The position numbers and the translations under genes are program-made. A DNA stretch of 64,000 nucleotides from Eukaryota sp. TZLM1-RC. Lineage: Eukaryota; Protista; Metamonada: BaSk clade. The notes below the pieces were generated by a model. It saw only the letters and a list, made by a program, of their open reading frames with translations. It was not told the origin of the DNA and searched no databases. Positions 49,036 through 60,839 of this stretch are shown here, in pieces (the first letter of the stretch is position 1; every line of letters begins with the position of its first letter). Location: NCBI GenBank assembly GCA_040285825.1, contig JAUPSS010000002.1, positions 3,410,001 to 3,474,000 of the forward strand. Direction: 5' to 3'.

Positions 49036-51246
49036 TTTATCAAATACGTTGATTACCAGGAAGATGCTATTCGGTTTCTTGGATCTTATTTTGGAAATAG
49101 TGAAAAAGTTAAATCCATTTTGTCAGGTATTTTGGAAAAAATCGAAGAGCAACTTTTGGCTATTCAAGATCTAGAAATTGACAAACATTTAGCGTTTTCG
49201 GTCCTAAATGTGTGTTTTGGATCAAAAATTAATCATCTTCTTCGTTCTTTATCTCCCACAATTTCTCATGATTTTGCACGTCAATTCAATACTTTGAGAA
49301 CAAATTTCCTAGGAAATTTAGTAGAAGTTTGTCCATCTAAAATTCCTTATCATGCATTTTTTAGTCCTAAATTTGGTGGAGTTGGTTTTTCAAAAGCAGA
49401 GTATTTATGCAAAAGTGCTTTTATTGGTGGTATGAAAAATTTTCTTTTTGAATGGAAACTTCGTTTTGATCATATTCCTTTGAATGAATCACATCCTTTA
49501 TTAATTTCTTATTGATTTCTTATTTCTTATTTCTTAATTTCTTATTCTTAATTTTTATTGCTTTTAAAAATTTTCTTTTTGAATGGAAACTTCGTTTTTT
49601 TATTATTTATTTTTATTCAACAACAAATATGAAATACACAATTAAAAACTCCACATCCTCAAAACCTGCCTCCCTACATCAAAACAATTAATCGCTAAAG
49701 ATTCAGAAAATTTCCCAAAAGAAGATAGTGAATCAGAAATTAGTGTTACCATTCCCTTAAAAATAGAAAAATACAATCCTGTTTTTGCCAGTAAACACGA
49801 TTGAAAAATTCTTCCAGTTCTTTCCTTTACAACTACAACAAAATCCTCAAGGAAAGCCATAGCAGCCTTACCTAGAGATCCAAGCAAAGAAAAAAACAAA
49901 TGGACATAAATTATATTGGGCATGAGAATTTTCATTAACCGAGGAAATGGGTTTCGCATATTTAGCAATTTTATATTTTTCGCCTGCAAGAAGAGGATTA
50001 TTTACATCCGAGTTAATGAAATGTTCGTTAGAGGAATTACAAGGGTCAATAGACATGGCGTCCAAAATAGTAAAACTACCATTTAAACCAGGAACAACTA
50101 GATCACCTCTAGTCAGACCCATAGAAGCTCTGTTGTAACGCGTACTATCAATATTGGGATCATCAAGAATTAATTTTGATAACAGCGGTTCTAAAAAGGA
50201 ATCTACACGATATGATTTGCACATTACATAAATTTGGTCCCTGACGTTATTATACACTTTGCTTCTAAACGTAATGAAATGTTTACAGTTCAAAAGATGA
50301 GTAAAAAAAAGAGGTTTACCACATTTACAAGTTAAATGATTGGGCAAATTGTTTGGCCACAGAAAACAACGAAAACGCATGTTTAGAAGCCATTCATTGT
50401 CTTTTAACAAAAGTCCATAAACAGAGGGAACTTGAGTTACTAAAGCAGCAGCATAAATTAAAATTTTTCAAAAAAAAGCAGCAGCTGAACTATCACGAAT
50501 ATCCTTTAAAAAAAACTTCGTTTTGATCATATTCCTTTAAATGAATCACATCCTTTATTAATTTCTCTTGAAAAAATGGTGCAAGAACTACCTGTTGATA
50601 TTTGGAATAGGAGTTTTCCTTCAAGTTTGCCTGCTGTGCCTTCGAGATCTTTCACCAACCTTCATCTTGCTGTTGTGAAATTACAGAAGTCTGTTCTTAT
50701 TGGTTTTGAAGACCTGGATTTTTCTAAACGACTTAGTGTGACTAAGATTAATAATCCCGTCTTTGCTGCCTTTTTATCAGACATTCAGAACTGTACTAGT
50801 TTAATATCTCAGCAACCAAGGCCATTTGGTCTTCACTTAACAAATGAAGCTTGGAAACAAAACATGCGGTTGAGATTAGGGATGTATCCAAGTGGTCTTT
50901 TGGACAATTCTTATTGTATTTGTAACAAAAACCTACTGCCAATTTTCGTCATATTGTGAGCTGTAAGAAATTTCTCCAATATAGGTCAGTTCTTCATAAT
51001 GCCGTTCGTGATGTGACATATGAGATGTTCAAGTGTTACAATTTTAGTTGCAAAGTAGAACCTTTGTTGAAGCATTATAGTGATGATAATCTTTTTAATT
51101 CACGTCGAGGTGATTTAATTGCTCCTTTTGTGGATTCCTCTCAAGTTGTTGTTGATTTCACTACAGTTGATCCCTTTGCTTTTGTTTATCGCGATGATGT
51201 TTTACTTAGTACTAATGGTCATTTAAACAAGGCTGAAGATCGTAAG
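49036..51246 (+). mobile_element. Family G post-RT/RLE fragment (possibly the 3' part of F), split by B
   Basis: IRFLGSY..GSKINHLLRS..FGGVG (49120-49515); 50576-50959; HNAVRD..EP..RRGDL (50956-51267). Confidence 0.78.
49595..50512 (-). mobile_element. Family B 5'-truncated insertion
   Basis: ORF 49868-50410; flanked by duplicated AAACTTCGTTTT. Confidence 0.87.
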
Positions 51247-51424
51247 TTAATTTTATTTTATTGTTAAACCACAGTCTAAAAGTCAATATCTTCAAAACAA
51301 GCTTCCACACCATCAAACCTTACAGCAGCAATGTTTTCATAATGTGCACTGACAGACATTAAAGCTTTCGAAATCATTTTAGGAATTGATTTGAAAATAG
51401 TAAAAACAATACGATTTAGCCACA
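51247..51424 (-). mobile_element. Family H 3' fragment
   Basis: Reverse complement of WLNRIVF...FEDIDF* plus tail. Confidence 0.83.
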
Positions 51425-54400
51425 TTTCTTTTTTTTCTCCCTCCCTTAGTCAACCCTTTCATTTTTCACTTTTTGTCAAGGCGTCAAAGTCGTACTGTTT
51501 CTTTGTCAAAACGATGCCTTTGGCTGATAGTGACTCTGATACTGATTGGAACGCTCAAGCAAAGATTCTACCAGTCAGATCAAGCTCATCCACTCCACTT
51601 CCCCACTCTCCCCACAATACAAGCTATGCTCGAAATTCATCTCAAAAAAATTTTCATTCAAAAACTGATCATTGTACCAGAAAAAATACAGAAAAACCTC
51701 CATTACGTTCCTTGCGTTCTGTTGTGCGTTCTATTAACAACTCCGTTTCTCGAAATTTGTTTTCTCCAGCTGAAACTGCAAAAAGTCAAAAGTCTATTTC
51801 TACTTTTAACTCAAAAATTGACAAAATTGAAAGAACTGAAAAAACGAAACCACTGCCATTAAAAGGTTCTAAAAAATGTTCGATTTGTGGTATCAGTGGT
51901 CATAATTCGAGAACGTGCCCTGAGAAACAAAAAAGAGAATTTGAATTAAAATCTGCTCAACAAATTCTCAAATGTGCTGTTCCAGCTGTTGCCGTTGTGA
52001 AAGGTGCTGAAAATAATGTTTCTGACGATCAACAGTTAAATGCTTCTAGTGTTCCCTCTTCTTCCCCTTCTGAAAACAGTAATTTTTGTTGTCCATTTTG
52101 CAAAAAGATGTTGCAGATTCACGAAATGGTCGAAAACTTCTGTTTTGTACGAATTGTAAAGCCGTTGATACCGTAAGACCCCCGATCCGGATCCCAGTAG
52201 AAATAAGTCCCGCCAGCACAATCCCCTTCTCAATGGAAATGAGAAATTTTACTTCTGAATTGAAAAATAATAAGTGGAATATTTCATCCTTCTGGAAATA
52301 TTTTGCTAGAAAAAACAAAAATTGTTTTAAGAAAAAATTTGGAAATAGAAAAATTGTAAAAATCAAAAATTTGCCGAAAAATTGTGCTTACGTGGTCGTT
52401 ATGGTGCCGCAAAAGCAGTCTTTGTTTTCCTCTTCTTTGGCTGATGTAAACTCTGATACCCTTGAAAAACTCCAAAAGTTGCATCCTCAAGAAAATTTCA
52501 AGTGCAGCAAGCCTGAAGTGTGTCCTTTTGGATTGAAAAATCCTATTGCTGCAATTGAGGTTCTTAAAGCTATTCAAAAATTACCTAAGGGGAAAGCAGC
52601 AGGCCCATCTGGAATTTCTTTTGATCTCTTAAAAATAGCGTGTTCCAGTGCTCCCGAAATTGCTGATGATCTAGCCCACTATTTTCAACAATTAATTGTT
52701 TTGAAAATAAATCCTCCATTTGAATTGCTCGCAGCACGTCTGATTGCTTTAGTAAAGCCTGGAAACGGAATCAAACCTGATGGAATACGCCCAATTGCTG
52801 TTGGTGAATCTCTTTCTCGTTTGCTGGCATCAATTGTCTTCGATCGTGTCAAAGACAAAGCTTCTACATTTTTAAATCCTCATCAATTTGGACTCAAAAC
52901 AATTGATGGTGCTTCTGTTGCTGCTATTGCCTCTGATACCTTTTTTAATGCAGAGGAAAATAATTTTTATTTTTAATCTCGACTTTAAAAATGCTTTTTA
53001 ATTCTGTAAAGCGAGAAGCAATTTTTGAAGTTATTAAATCTGATTTTCCTGAGCTATCGAGTTTTTTTCTACCATTTTTATGGTAAAGAATCAGATTTAA
53101 TTTTTAATTCATTTGCTCTTAAATCATCTTCTGGTGTGAAACAAGGTGACCCTTTAGGTCCATTATTGTTTTGTTTAGCTATTCACAAAACTTTTAAATA
53201 TCATTAAGCAAAAAAATACCCTTCTATAAAAAAATAGTTGCTTATATGGATGATATATCCTTGATTGGTTCATTTGATTTACTAGAATTGGTTGCTCAAG
53301 AAATTGCCGATTCATATGAAAATATTGGGCTTCATCTTAATGCCAGCAAATGCCTTCTGATTGGCTCTTCTGCTCAAGACCTCGTGATAAACGATTCTAT
53401 TGTCCCTTTTACTAATTATAGTAGTGATGCTTTTAAGTTCCTTGGTTGTTGGTTAGGAAATGTGCCTCAAATTCAGAATGAATTGCAAGTTATTTTGGAA
53501 AAAATGAAAATTGAACTTGATTCAATTTCTTCTTTAGATATAGAAAAGCATATTAAATTTTTTATGCTTAAAATTTGCTACACTGGGAGAATAACCCACA
53601 TTTTGAGATCTTGTGCTCCTTCCATAGCATTAGATTTTTGTCGTTCTTTTAATTCATTGAGAACAGAATTTTTTGCTGATTTATTGGATGTAGAACCAGG
53701 AATGTTGAAAAGCCATTTATTTTCTTCAGCAAATTTGGGTGGTATTGGATTTACTAAATCTTCAATTTTGTGTCAATCAGCATTCTTGGGTGGTGGCAAA
53801 AATTTTATTTATGAATTTTCTCGTAGATTTGCTGATGATTCTCATCTGTTAGTCCCCAATTGTAGTCCCTATTTGTATGAGTTATCTTGTGAACTTGAAA
53901 AATTACCGCCACAAATTTGGACCAAATGTTTTCCTCAATCAATTCAAGAAATTCCAAACCGATCTCTATTTAATTTACAGTTTTGCTGTAAAAAAACGAT
54001 TCTATTGTCCCTTTTACTAATTATAGTAGTGATGCTTTTAAGTTCCTTGGTTGTTGGTTAGGAAATGTGCCTCAAATTCAGAATGAATTGCAAGTTATTT
54101 TGGAAAAAATGAAAATTGAACTTGATTCAATTTCTTCTTTAGATATAGAAAAGCATATTAAATTTTTTATGCTTAAAATTTGCTACACTGGGAGAATAAC
54201 CCACATTTTGAGATCTTGTGCTCCTTCCATAGCATTAGATTTTTGTCGTTCTTTTAATTCATTGAGAACAGAATTTTTTGCTGATTTATTGGATGTAGAA
54301 CCAGGAATGTTGAAAAGCCATTCATTTTCTTCAGCAAATTTGGGGGGTATTGGATTTACTAAATCTTCAATTTTGTGTCAATCAGCATTCTTGGGTGGTG

Positions 54401-55532
54401 GCAAAAATTTTATTTATGAATTTTCTCGTAGATTTCCTGATGATTCCCATCTGTTAGTCCCCAATTGTAGTCCCTATTTGTATGAGTTATCTTGTGAACT
54501 TGAAAAATTACCGCCACAAATTTGGACCAAATGTTTTCCTCAATCAATTCAAGAAATTCCAAACCGATCTCTATTTAATTTACAGTTTTGCTGTAAAAAG
54601 CTTCAACAAAAATTGTCAAAGATTTTTGAAAGCTTGGATTTTGATGTTAGACTTGGCTTGGCCAAGAAAAAGAATCCCGCTTTTGCAAATCTTTTTACAA
54701 GATATGTGTGACAGTACTTCTTCTGCCTTAGTAACAACAATTCCGCAAGTATATGGTACTCTCTTATCCGATTCTGCTTGGACTCTGAATATGAGATTTC
54801 GTTCCTTTATCTGGCCTGATAATTTACCTCATAATTTAATTTGTAAATGTTCTCGAGAAATTACAACTACTCATTTGTTAAATTGTAAACATTTTATTAC
54901 TTTTAGAAGCAAGGTTCATGATGCTGTAAGAGACCAGTTATATTGTATGTGTAAATCTCATAGAATTGAATCCTTCTTGGAACCTCTGTTGTCAAATCTG
55001 TTTGATGCTGAAAATGATTTTCATAAGAATAATAGAGGTGATGTCATATTACCTGGATTAGATGGAAGCTTTATTTTATTGGATGTAATGTCTGTTGATC
55101 CTTGTAATGCCTCAAATGAAAGGCTTGTTAATTCTGAAATTCATAATCCCCTTTCAAATGCTGAAAATTTTAAATTCAAAAAAATACAATGAACCTTTGT
55201 CCAAATTGGCCAGTCTACAGCATGCAAAATACAATTTGTATCCATTTGTATTTTCCCTTTTGGTTCACTTGCACCAACTGCTTTACGTTTTTTGGATGAT
55301 TTTGAAATGATTGTAAAGAGAAGAACTGGCAGAAATTTCAACAGATTGTTTTGGCAAAATAGAATTGTGTTTTCTATTTTTAAGGGGATGTTGAAGATGG
55401 TTTCTGATGCTTTGCTTTCTCTTGGATCTCACTATGAGAGAGTTGCATCTAGTGTTTTTGTTTTGGGAGAGATGGATTTTTTAGATGTTGATTTATAGGT
55501 TTAGAATAAAATTAATTTTTTTTAAAAAAAAA
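51425..55532 (+). mobile_element. Family A full-length copy with one extra 606-bp unit
   Basis: TTTCTTTTTTTTCTCCCTCCC 5' end; duplication junction at ~53990; A-tail; many homopolymer frameshifts. Confidence 0.92.
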
Positions 55533-57933
55533 TGCTCGAAATTCATCTCAAAAAAATTTTCATTCAAAAACTGATCATTGTACCAGAAACAACACAGAAA
55601 AATCACCATTACGTTCCTTGCGTTCTGTTGCGCGTTCTATTAACAACCCCGTTTCTCGAAATTTGTTTTCTCCAGCTGAAACTGCAAAAAGTCAAAAGTC
55701 TATTTCTACTTTTAACTCAAAAATTGATAAAATTGAAAGAACTGAAAATATGAAACCACTGCCATTAAAAGGTTCTAAAAAGTGTTCGATTTGTGGTATC
55801 AGTGGTCATAATTCGAGAACGTGCCCTGAGAAGCAAAAAAGAGAATTTGAATTAAAATCTGCTCAACAAATTCTCAAATGTTCTGTTCCAGCTGTTGCCG
55901 TTGTGAAAGGTGCTGACAATGATGTTTCTGACGATCAACAGTTAAATGCTTCTAGTGTTTCCTCTTCTTCCTCTTCTGAAAACAGTAATTTTTGTTGTCC
56001 ATTTTGCAAAAAGATGTTGCAGATTCACGAAATGGTCGAAAACTTCTGTTTTGTACGCATTGTGAAGCCGTTGATACCGTAAGACCCCCGATCCGGATCC
56101 CAGTAGAAATAAGTCCCGCCAGCACAATCCCCTTCTCAATGGAAATGAGAAATTTTACTTCTGAATTGAAGAATAATAAGTGGAATATTTCATCCTTCTG
56201 GAAATATTTTGCTAGAAAAACAAAATTGTTTTAAGAAAAAATTTGGAAATAGAAAAATTGTAAAATCAAAAATTTGCCGAAAATTGTGCTTACGTGGTCG
56301 TTATGGTGCCGCAAAGCAGTCTTTGTTTTCCTCTTCTTTGGCTGATGTAAACTCTGATACCCTTGAAAAACTCCAAAAGTTGCATCCTCAAGAAAATTTC
56401 AAGTGCAGCAAGCCTGAAGTGTGTCCTTTTTGGATTGAAAATCCTATTACTGCAATTGAGGTTCTTAAAGCTATTCAAAAAAATTACCTAAGGGGAAAGC
56501 AGCAGGCCCATCTGGAATTTCTTTTGATCTCTTAAAAATAGCGTGTTCCAGTGCTCCCGAAATTGCTGATGATCTAGCCCACTATTTTCAACAATTAATT
56601 GTTTTGAAAATAAATCCTCCATTTGAATTGCTCGCAGCACGTCTGATTGCTTTAGTAAAGCCTGGAAACGGAATCAAACCTGATGGAATACGCCCAATTG
56701 CTGTTGGTGAATCTCTTTCTCGTTTGCTGGCATCAATTGTCTTCGATCGTGTCAAAGACAAAGCTTCTACTTTTTTAAATCCTCATCAATTTGGAATCAA
56801 AACAATTGATGGTGCTTCTGTTGCTGCTATTGCCTCTGATACCGTTTTTAATGCAGAGGAAAATAATTTTATTTTTAATCTCGACTTTAAAAATGCTTTT
56901 AATTCTGTAAAGCGAGAAGCAATTTTTGAAGTTATTAAATCTGATTTTCCTGAGCTATCGAGTTTTTTCTACCATTTTTATGGGAAAGAATCAGATTTAA
57001 TTTTTAATTCATTTGGTCTTAAATCATTTTCTGGAGTGAAGCAGGGAGATCCTTTAGGCCCATTATTGTTTTGTTTAGCTATTCACAAAACTTAAATTAA
57101 GCAAAAATACCCTTCTATAAAAATAGTTGCTTATATGGATGATATATCCTTGATTGGTTCATTTGATTTACTAGAATTGGTTGCTCAAGAAATTGCCGAT
57201 TCATATGAAAATATTGGGCTTCATCTTAATGCCAGTAAATGCCTTCTGATTGGCTCTTCTGCTCAAGACCTCGTGATAAACGATTCTATTGTCCCTTTTA
57301 CTAATTATAGTAGTGATGCTTTTAAGTTCCTTGGTTGTGGGTTAGGAAATGTGCCTCAAATTCAGAATGAATTGCAAGTTATTTTGGAAAAAATGAAAAT
57401 TGAACTTGATTCAATTTCTTCTTTAGATATAGAAAAGCATATTAAATTTTTTATGCTTAAAATTTGCTACACTGGGAGAATAACCCACATTTTGAGATCT
57501 TGTGCTTCTTCCATAGCATTAGATTTTTTGTCGTTCTTTTAATTCATTGAGAACAGAATTTTTGCTGATTTATTGGATGTAGAACCAGGAATGTTGAAAA
57601 GCCATTTATTTTCTTCAGCAAATTTGGGGGTATTGGATTTACTAAATCTTCAATTTTGTGTCAATCAGCATTCTTGGGTGGTGGCAAAAATTTTATTTAT
57701 GAATTTTCTCGTAGATTTCCTGATGATTCTCATCTGTTAGTCCCCAATTGTAGTCCCTATTTGTATGAGTTATCTTGTGAACTTGAAAAATTACCGCCAC
57801 AAATTTGGACCAAATGTTTTCCTCAATCAATTCAAGAAATTCCAAACCGATCTCTATTTAATTTACAGTTTTGCTGTAAAAAGCTTCAACAAAAATTGTC
57901 AAAGATTTTTGAAAGCTTGGATTTTGATGTTAG
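55532..57933 (+). mobile_element. Family A copy lacking the first ~200 bp, head-to-tail with the previous copy, fused 3' to E
   Basis: ORF pieces 55618-57542 and 57656 onward. Confidence 0.88.
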
Positions 57934-59225
57934 TTGTGCAAAAGTTCTGTCTCAATTACTGGGATGTAAAATGTTTCAAATTCCAGATCATGCTTACCTT
58001 AGTCCACAATATGGTGGTTTAGGGTGGACGAAGGCTTCTATTCTTACCTCGTGTGCTTTTGTTGGTGGATGCAGAAATGCAATCTTTGAGTTCTCCGAAA
58101 GATTTGCAGATTGGGAAGATTTATTGATGACAACGCAAAGTTCCACTGTTTTTGCATTAAATGAAGAAATTTCAAGAATTGATGTAGAAAAATGGGGTCG
58201 ATGTTTTCCCCAATCATTCAATGGCAATATTCCAGAAAAAAATGTTTTAAATTTGAAGTACACTCTTCGAACATTACAGAAAAGATTGACTGGAATGTAT
58301 GAAACAGATCTTTATAATAATATTTGCAGCTCGGCTGTTTTAAATCAAGATCTTCACTCATTGTTATTGGAAAGGGTGTTTGTGAAAACAAGGTGTCAGA
58401 TTCTTCACTTTTGTAACCATTGTACCACGAAGATTTGGATTGTGTGCTACTAATGAAGCATTTGTAACAAAATGAGATTATATTTGAACATCCCCATTAA
58501 CCAATTATTATCAAAAGAAAAATGTATTTGTTCGAATTCACCTCAACTCACTTTGCGCCATGCTCTAAATTGCTCTAAATTAATAACTTATCGTTCTTCA
58601 TTACATGATGCTGTTAGAGACACTGTTTTCAATATGGCACAAACTGCAAGGATATCGTGTATCAAAGAGCCCCTGCTGAAGGAAACACTTTCTCTGAATA
58701 ATTTTGGTTCTGATGATAGAGGTGATGTATACTGTGATTGGATTGATAATTCTGAAGCTATTGTTGACTTTGTCTCATGTAATGTTGCAAACGATACTTT
58801 GGTTCACAGAAGAAAACTTAATCCTGTGGCTGCTCTGGATTTAAAGCAAAAGAAAAACATAGAAAATATGATAAAGAAATTGAAGATGCAGATATCGATA
58901 GAAATACACAGCTGGTTTTTATTGCTTTCCCATTTTCGATAAATGGAAGATTATCAGTTGAAGCAGAAACTTTTTTGGATGACTTCCAAAAAATGGTGAA
59001 AGAAAAAACAATGAAAAGATTTGATATTTTTTTATGGCGTTCACGGATTCAATTTGCCATTATTAATAGACTACCGCGGTTTTTCAATCGAATTAGAGAA
59101 GCTTTAGCTAGACAGCAAGCAAATCAAGATTTTGTAGAGGAAATCTTGGTTTAATGATAGTCGTCCCATTAGTTATGAATTAATTTAATCAAGTGTGCAA
59201 ATTCAATAAATTAATATTTAAAAAC
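57932..59225 (+). mobile_element. Family E 3' third with tail
   Basis: KVLSQLLGCKMF...DFVEEILV* plus 3' UTR. Confidence 0.88.
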
Positions 59226-59255
59226 ATCTGCAAATCAAGATTTTGTAGAGGAAAT

Positions 59256-59938
59256 CTTTTTTTTAAAATTTAATTTTATTCTAAACCTATAAATCAACAT
59301 CTAAAAAATCCATCTCTCCCAAAACAAAAACACTAGATGCAACTCTCTCATAGTGAGATCCAAGAGAAAGCAAAGCATCAGAAACCATCTTCAACATCCC
59401 CTTAAAAATAGAAAACACAATTCTATTTTGCCAAAACAATCTGTTGAAATTTCTGCCAGTTCTTCTCTTTACAATCATTTCAAAATCATCCAAAAAACGT
59501 AAAGCAGCTGGTGCAAGTGAACCAAAAAGGGAAAATACAAATGGATACAAATTGTATTTTGCATGCTGTAGACTGGCCAATTTGGACAAAGGTTCATTGT
59601 ATTTTTTGAATTTAAAATTTTCAGCATTTGAAAGGGGATTATGAATTTCAGAATTAACAACCCTTTCATTTGAGGCATTACAAGGATCAACAGACATTAC
59701 ATCCAATAAAATGAAGCTTCCATCTAATCCAGGTAATATGACATCACCTCTATTATTCTTATGAAAATCATTTTCAGCATCAAACAGATTTGACAACAAA
59801 GGTTCCAAGAAGGATTCAATTCTATGAGATCTACACATACAATATAACTGGTCTCTTACAGCATCATGAACCTTGCTTCTAAAAGTAATAAAATGTTTAC
59901 AATTTAACAAATGAGTAGTTGTAATTTCTCGAGAACAT
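59256..59938 (-). mobile_element. Family A 3' fragment
   Basis: ORF 59287-59910 with tail. Confidence 0.9.
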
Positions 59939-60825
59939 AATATTAATTTTTATTCAACAACAAATATGGAATACACAATTAAAACTCCACATCCTCAAAA
60001 CCTGCCTCCCCTACATCAAAACAATTAATCGCTAAAGATTCAGAAAATTTCCCAACAGAAGATAGTGAATCAGAAATTAGTGTTACCATTCCCTTAAAAA
60101 TAGAAAATACAATCCTGTTTTGCCAGTAAACACGATTGAAAATTCTTCCAGTTCTTTCCTTTACAACTACAACAAAATCCTCAAGGAAAGCCATAGCAGC
60201 CTTACCTAGAGATCCAAGCAAAGAAAAAACAAATGGACATAAATTATATTGGGCATGAGAATTTTCATTAACCGAGGAAATGGGTTTCGCATATTTAGCA
60301 ATTTTATATTTTTCGCCTGCAAGAAGAGGATTATTTACATCCGAGTTAATGAAATGTTCGTTAGAGGAATTACAAGGGTCAATAGACATGGCGTCCAAAA
60401 TAGTAAAACTACCATTTAAACCAGGAACAACTAGATCACCTCTAGTCAGACCCATAGAAGCTCTGTTGTAACGCGTACTATCAATATTGGGATCATCAAG
60501 AATTAATTTTGATAACAGCGGTTCTAAAAAGGAATCTACACGATATGATTTGCACATTACATAAATTTGGTCCCTGACGTTATTATGCACTTTGCTTCTA
60601 AACGTAATGAAATGTTTACAGTTCAAAAGATGAGTAAACAAAAGAGGTTTACCACATTTACAAGTTAAATGATTGGGCAAATTGTTTGGCCACAGAAAAC
60701 AACGAAAACGCATGTTTAGAAGCCATTCATTGTCTTTTAACAAAAGTCCATAAACAGAGGGAACTTGAGTTACTAAAGCAGCAGCAGAACTATCACGAAT
60801 ATCCTTTAAAAAATTACCGAAAGCA
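59939..60825 (-). mobile_element. Family B 5'-truncated insertion
   Basis: ORF 59979-60839; CTCGAGAACAT duplicated at ~59928 and ~60829. Confidence 0.88.
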
Positions 60826-60839
60826 TTCCTCGAGAACAT

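Noticed and set aside
47000-59000. Programmed frameshifting or a two-ORF structure
   Set aside because: The frameshifts are 1-bp indels in homopolymers at different positions in each copy, likely long-read error or decay; one copy is a single intact ORF
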